A DNA stretch of 25,845 nt from Paramicrosporidium saccamoebae KSL3. Its lineage: Eukaryota; Fungi; Cryptomycota. How positions within the stretch are numbered: the stretch's first letter is position 1; the number at the start of each line of letters is the position of its first letter. The stretch spans positions 1 to 25,845 of the forward strand of contig MTSL01000191.1 in the NCBI GenBank assembly GCA_002794465.1. Direction: 5' to 3'. The notes beneath the pieces were generated by a model. The model did not search any database, was not told the DNA's origin, and worked only from the letters and a program-made list of their open reading frames with translations. The position numbers were made by a program, and so were the translations under genes. Below are positions 20,504 through 25,845 of the stretch, piece by piece.

Positions 20504-20526
20504 TAGAATTTATTCAATTTTTTTTA

Positions 20527-21666
<1,140 letters not shown>

Positions 21667-21705
21667 TCACAGTCTCATCTCTCCGTTTATAGACTTATTA
21701 GAAAA

Positions 21706-21950
21706 CTATTTTTTCTGTAAAAGGTCTTTCTTGAACTCGGCTTCCATGATATCTCGTTCTTTCTGTTGCTTTTCAAGACGGTTTTGCACCTCGCGCCGCC
21801 TTTCTGGATCCAACTTCTACAGCGATCTATAGTTGTATAAGGGTGTACCTGAAGAAATTCGCTCTTGCTAGGGGAATTTACACTGACATAAAGACAGCCA
21901 GCCACCGCTAGCACAGTGGATGCCAGGAGCAATTTTCCAACATTTGGCAT
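21706..21950 (-). CDS. Small single-TM protein, probable complex III assembly factor (Cbp4-like)
   Basis: Intron 21817-21848 gives MPNVGKLLLASTVLAVAGCLYVSVNSPSKSEFLQ-KLDPERRREVQNRLEKQQKER.... The pattern TM + (T/S)P(T/S)..E.L..L.PE.R + charged helix resembles Cbp4. Confidence 0.55.
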
Positions 21951-22067
21951 TAATATTCAGGCCTGGTCTTCTAAAGAGTTCTATTGTGCGATTATGACAA
22001 AATTCATTTACTGAGGGCCAAACCGTGTGACAAGATTCAGTTATTGGGTCAACCCGTGTGAGAAAGT

Positions 22068-23102
22068 TCATTTATTGAGGGCCAATCTATGTGTCAAAAT
22101 CCATTTGCTAAGCTCAACAATCTGGTTGTCATTAAGTGAGCCTGGTCGAGCATCTCGAGGTACAACTTCTGGAAAAGAATCCATTGGAAAATTTTGTTGT
22201 CGAAAGGATGACGAAACAATTTTTCGAGGGTTCAAAAATATTTCTTGCACAGCTCGCTGTAATTCCGTGAATGGTAGCGAAAATGCCGGCTTTTTCACAA
22301 ATCTAACCACTGCTGCATCAACTTTGGGCCGCGGTGTAAACGAATTGCTAGGTACTGTGATGCACATCTCTGTCTCACAATAATGCTGTGCGAGAACAGA
22401 TAATCTGCACCTGTTCGAGTGGCCTTCTTTGGCAACAATTCGCTACACGTTACCCTTGAATTAAATATATACCTCGCCGACTTCCTTTTGGAACATGAGC
22501 AGAAATTCTACAAATTGACAGGAATGTAATAATTGCCCAAAAAGCGTATCCGGAGGATTCGAGATTGCCTGAAGAAGTTTCAAGAGGATAATCGAAGCCA
22601 CCCCAAAGGGGAGATTACCCACGATCTGTATCCTCTTTGGCATAACATCAAAGTAAGAGCCGGGCAACTGAAGAATATCCATGGCATCGCTAAAAGATAC
22701 TCTCAGCTGATCGGGACGAGAGTCCTGCAACTGCTACAAAATTGCTGAGACGCACTGATGATGATTACATTCAAAAACGGACGGAATCGCTCATCCTTTT
22801 CAATCACAACTAGTCGTTTCGGGTTCTGTAGTAAGATCTCACGGGTCAGTCCGCCAGGGCCTGATAAATGAGCGAGTATTTGGATATAATGATACCAGGT
22901 CCGATTTCTATAACCAAATTTTCTGTCAGTGGCTGCTGAAGATACCGAACTATCCTACCTTGTTGAAAGAAAATTAATCAACTGCACTCATACTTAATAC
23001 AGACGGATTTAGAATAAAGTTCTGGCTTAAATTCTTCTTTGCATTCAGACCATAAATGGTGAGCAACTGTTGCAAGGACGGCAGAGGGGGAAGGGACGGC
23101 AT
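22068..23102 (-). CDS. Mitochondrial rRNA adenine dimethyltransferase of the TFB1M/RsmA type
   Basis: Introns 22959-22993, 22861-22895, 22734-22768 and 22443-22472 give MPSLPPLPSLQQLL...AKKNLSQNFIL...VIEIGPGPGGLT...IEKDERF...VGNLPF...MFQKEVGERIVA...RLSVLAQ...FTPRPKVDAAVV. Confidence 0.9.
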
Positions 23103-23170
23103 TACAAGATAATCGCGTTAATAAAATGGTTCTCTTTATTTTATGAGACTGCCACCAGACAATTGCAGGA

Positions 23171-25739
23171 TTACAGCTTGTCTAGGTAGCGATCAAGAGG
23201 AGGAACGTCCTCAGAGAGACCCTTACGCTTGCGAGTAGCACGGACGACGATTCCAGTCTTTGAAGTGGGATCGAGAGCGTTGCCTTGCATAAGCTGCCAA
23301 TGATCAAAGACACACTGAGGGAAGGCCTGGCCAGAAGTATGAGAGCGCAAGTCAGCAGTGAAGCCGAAAGACTCATTTACAGGCAAGTAAGCCTTGATAT
23401 TGAACATGGGCGTACCAGGACGCTGCTCCTCCTGGAAGACGTGACCACGGCGGCGATTGAGCACACCATAGATACCGCCCATAGCACGATCGGGGCACTG
23501 AATCTCAACAAGATAGACAGGCTCGAACAGGGCAGGGTCAGACAGAAGCTGGGAAGCATAGACAACTGAGCGGGCGGCGGGGAGGATTTGACCACCACCA
23601 CGATGGATGGCGTCAGCGTGCAGAGTGACGTCAACAAGATTGAAGCGGCAACCACGGAGATTCTCACCAGCCAAGACACCTTCAGCAGTAGCAAGTTGGA
23701 AAGCTCCACAGAGAGAATCCTTGATTTCAGTCAAGTATTGAACAGCCTTGGTAGTATCAACCAGGACATTGGGTCCAACGCTATGAGGACCAAAGGCCCA
23801 GATCTTACGGGCGCTGTCCACATCCCAACCGTATGTCTCATTAAGATAACGAGCACGAGCCTTGATTTCATCCTTGGAAGAAACCTTGCCAGTTTCAATA
23901 TCCTTGATCATGTCCTCTTCCATGGGCTGAGCACTCATGAAGATACGGTTGTGGTTGTTGGGAGACTTGGCTAGAGCAACCTGAGACGACTCTGAGCGCA
24001 TCGTTTCACAATACTGCACAACGGGGTCAGAGGTGCGGAGAGGTACTCCGGCGTGATCCTCCTCAAGATCCTTGAGACAAATTTCCAAATGGAGCTCACC
24101 GGCACCGGCAACAATGTGCTCACCAGTCTCGGCAGTGGAGCATTGAACACAGGGATCAGACTTGGAAAGACGCTTCAGACCTTCAACAAGCTTGGGGAGA
24201 TCGTTGGGGTTCTTGACTTCAACGGCAACACGCACGACGGGAGAGACAGAGAACTTCATGACCTTCAAGTTATGGGCGACTTCGCTGGTGGTAATGGTGC
24301 CAGATTTCACAAGGAACTGATCAACACCGACCAAACCGACAATGTTACCGGCGGGGCAATCTTCAATGGGCTCGACGAAACGTCCCATCATAAGAACGGT
24401 ACGCTGGATGCTCTTAACGAACAAGTCGTCCTTCTTTCCGGGCTCATAGTTAGGTCCTTGGATGCGAACCTTCTGCCCAGACTTGCAGGTACCAGAGAAG
24501 ACACGACCGAAAGCATAGAAGCGACCCTTATCGGAAGTCGGCACCATCTTGGAGACGTACAACATGAGGGGTCCATTGGGATTGCAGTCGCGGATACCAA
24601 TGGCACACTCATCGTCGATGGGACCTTCATAGAGGGTCTCAGAGCGATACTTTTGAGCAGTCACGGGGGACGGCAAATGGATGGCGAACATTTCCAAGAG
24701 AGCATCAGCAGCAGGGAGGAAGCGACGCATAACCAGCTTCATCAGATCCTTTCCACGGAGCTCATTCTCCTCATGCGTCAGCTTAATATTAAGCTTCTGG
24801 ATCATGTCGGTATATTTCTCAGTGTCATCAGCAAGGATAGACTTGAAAAGCTTGTAAATAGGGTCCAAGACGAACATGTTGAAACCGCGCTGATTTACGG
24901 AGCCATCATCGTTGGATTGATTGGTGGTCCACTTGCGGGTGTTGGCGTTGTAGAAGTTATCACCCCAGAGACGCTCCATCATCTTTGAGCGGTCGACACC
25001 AAACTTCTTGGCATAACGGCAGGCGAACTGATGGAGAGTGAATGCCCATCCATGGAGACCAGATCCGAAGGCAATGTTACCGAGCTCTGGAGAGACTTGG
25101 CAGTTACCAATGGCCTCATCGTAGTAAGTGGCAATGATGACGTTGACAGTCTCAATGACACGCAAGAAGGAAGTGTAGAGGGATTCGGGATCCAACTGCA
25201 GCTCAAGAAGAGCACGATCGACCTTGTTGACAATGAGCACGGGCTTGATACGCTCAGTGAGGGCCTGGCGGAGCACAGTCTCAGTTTGCACACAGACACC
25301 CTCCACACAGTCGACGACAACGAGAGCACCGTCAGTGACACGGAGAGCAGCAGTAACCTCAGACGAGAAATCAACGTGCCCGGGAGAATCAATCAGATTC
25401 ACCAAGAACTGATTACCCTTAGTCTCCTGCTTGACGTCCTCCATAATATCGGGATTAAGCTCAAAGTACATGGAAATGGCAGTGGACTTGATGGTAATGC
25501 AGCGCTCTTGCTCGTCAGCACGAGTATCTGTGAAGCGAGCACCACCACCCTTATCAGAAGCGATGATACCAGCTTTCTGGACCAGAGAGTCGGTCAACGT
25601 CGACTTTCCATGGTCGACATGGGCGATGACGGACATGTTACGGATGTTAGTCGGTACGTCCATGAGTTCACGGACTTGATCGATGGTAAAATTGACCTAT
25701 GGAATTAGAATCATTGGGATGGATGGATGAGCATACCAT
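23171..25739 (-). CDS. EFT1: Translation elongation factor 2
   Basis: ATG (25737-25739), a 40-nt intron (25697-25736), then [48 protein letters not shown], and the diphthamide loop [13 protein letters not shown]. Confidence 0.99.
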
Positions 25740-25834
25740 GGTTGTTCTACCTAAGAACTTGGTGGGCTATCCCCGGCAAACCGGCCATGTCTATCCTCAC
25801 TCTACCAATCAAATGCGAGTCAAAATGGTTTGTG

Positions 25835-25845
25835 TGGGGGGGGGG
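25835..25845. repeat. Poly-G run at the window edge
   Basis: G homopolymer truncated by the end of the window, about 95 nt upstream of the EF-2 ATG. Confidence 0.6.

Noticed and set aside
24053-25708. Long plus-strand ORFs (311 aa and 225 aa) and other ORFs overlapping EF-2
   Set aside because: They are antisense shadows in codon register with a strongly codon-biased, highly expressed gene, and have no independent motifs.

Overview
Eukaryotic nuclear DNA from a very compact, fungus-related genome. An early-diverging, Rozellomycota/Opisthosporidia-like organism with an aerobic mitochondrion is my inference from gene content and architecture, not from a database match. I reconstruct 19 protein-coding genes: TAN1, a classical PTP, ATP synthase subunit f, SEC21, MCMBP, a secreted orphan with a HECT-like fragment, a PGAP4/TMEM246-like glycosyltransferase, PDCD5, NOL9/GRC3, a CUE-domain protein, NSE1, LEU5, a membrane J-protein, LSC1, VPS28, GDP-L-fucose synthase, a CBP4-like protein, a TFB1M-like methyltransferase and EF-2. 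VPS28 is absent from the supplied ORF track. The genes are split by 37 hand-called GT-AG introns, all 28-40 nt long. Of these, 34 begin GTA, 31 end TAG and only 9 keep the +5 G. Most intergenic spacers are 14-125 bp, including a 16-bp head-to-head pair. The strongest leads are the minimal-signal intron system, the secreted pseudo-HECT orphan, the extreme gene packing, and animal-like glycosylation and mitochondrial genes. I found no rRNA, tRNA, CRISPR array or mobile element. All gene models are manual and need RNA-seq confirmation.
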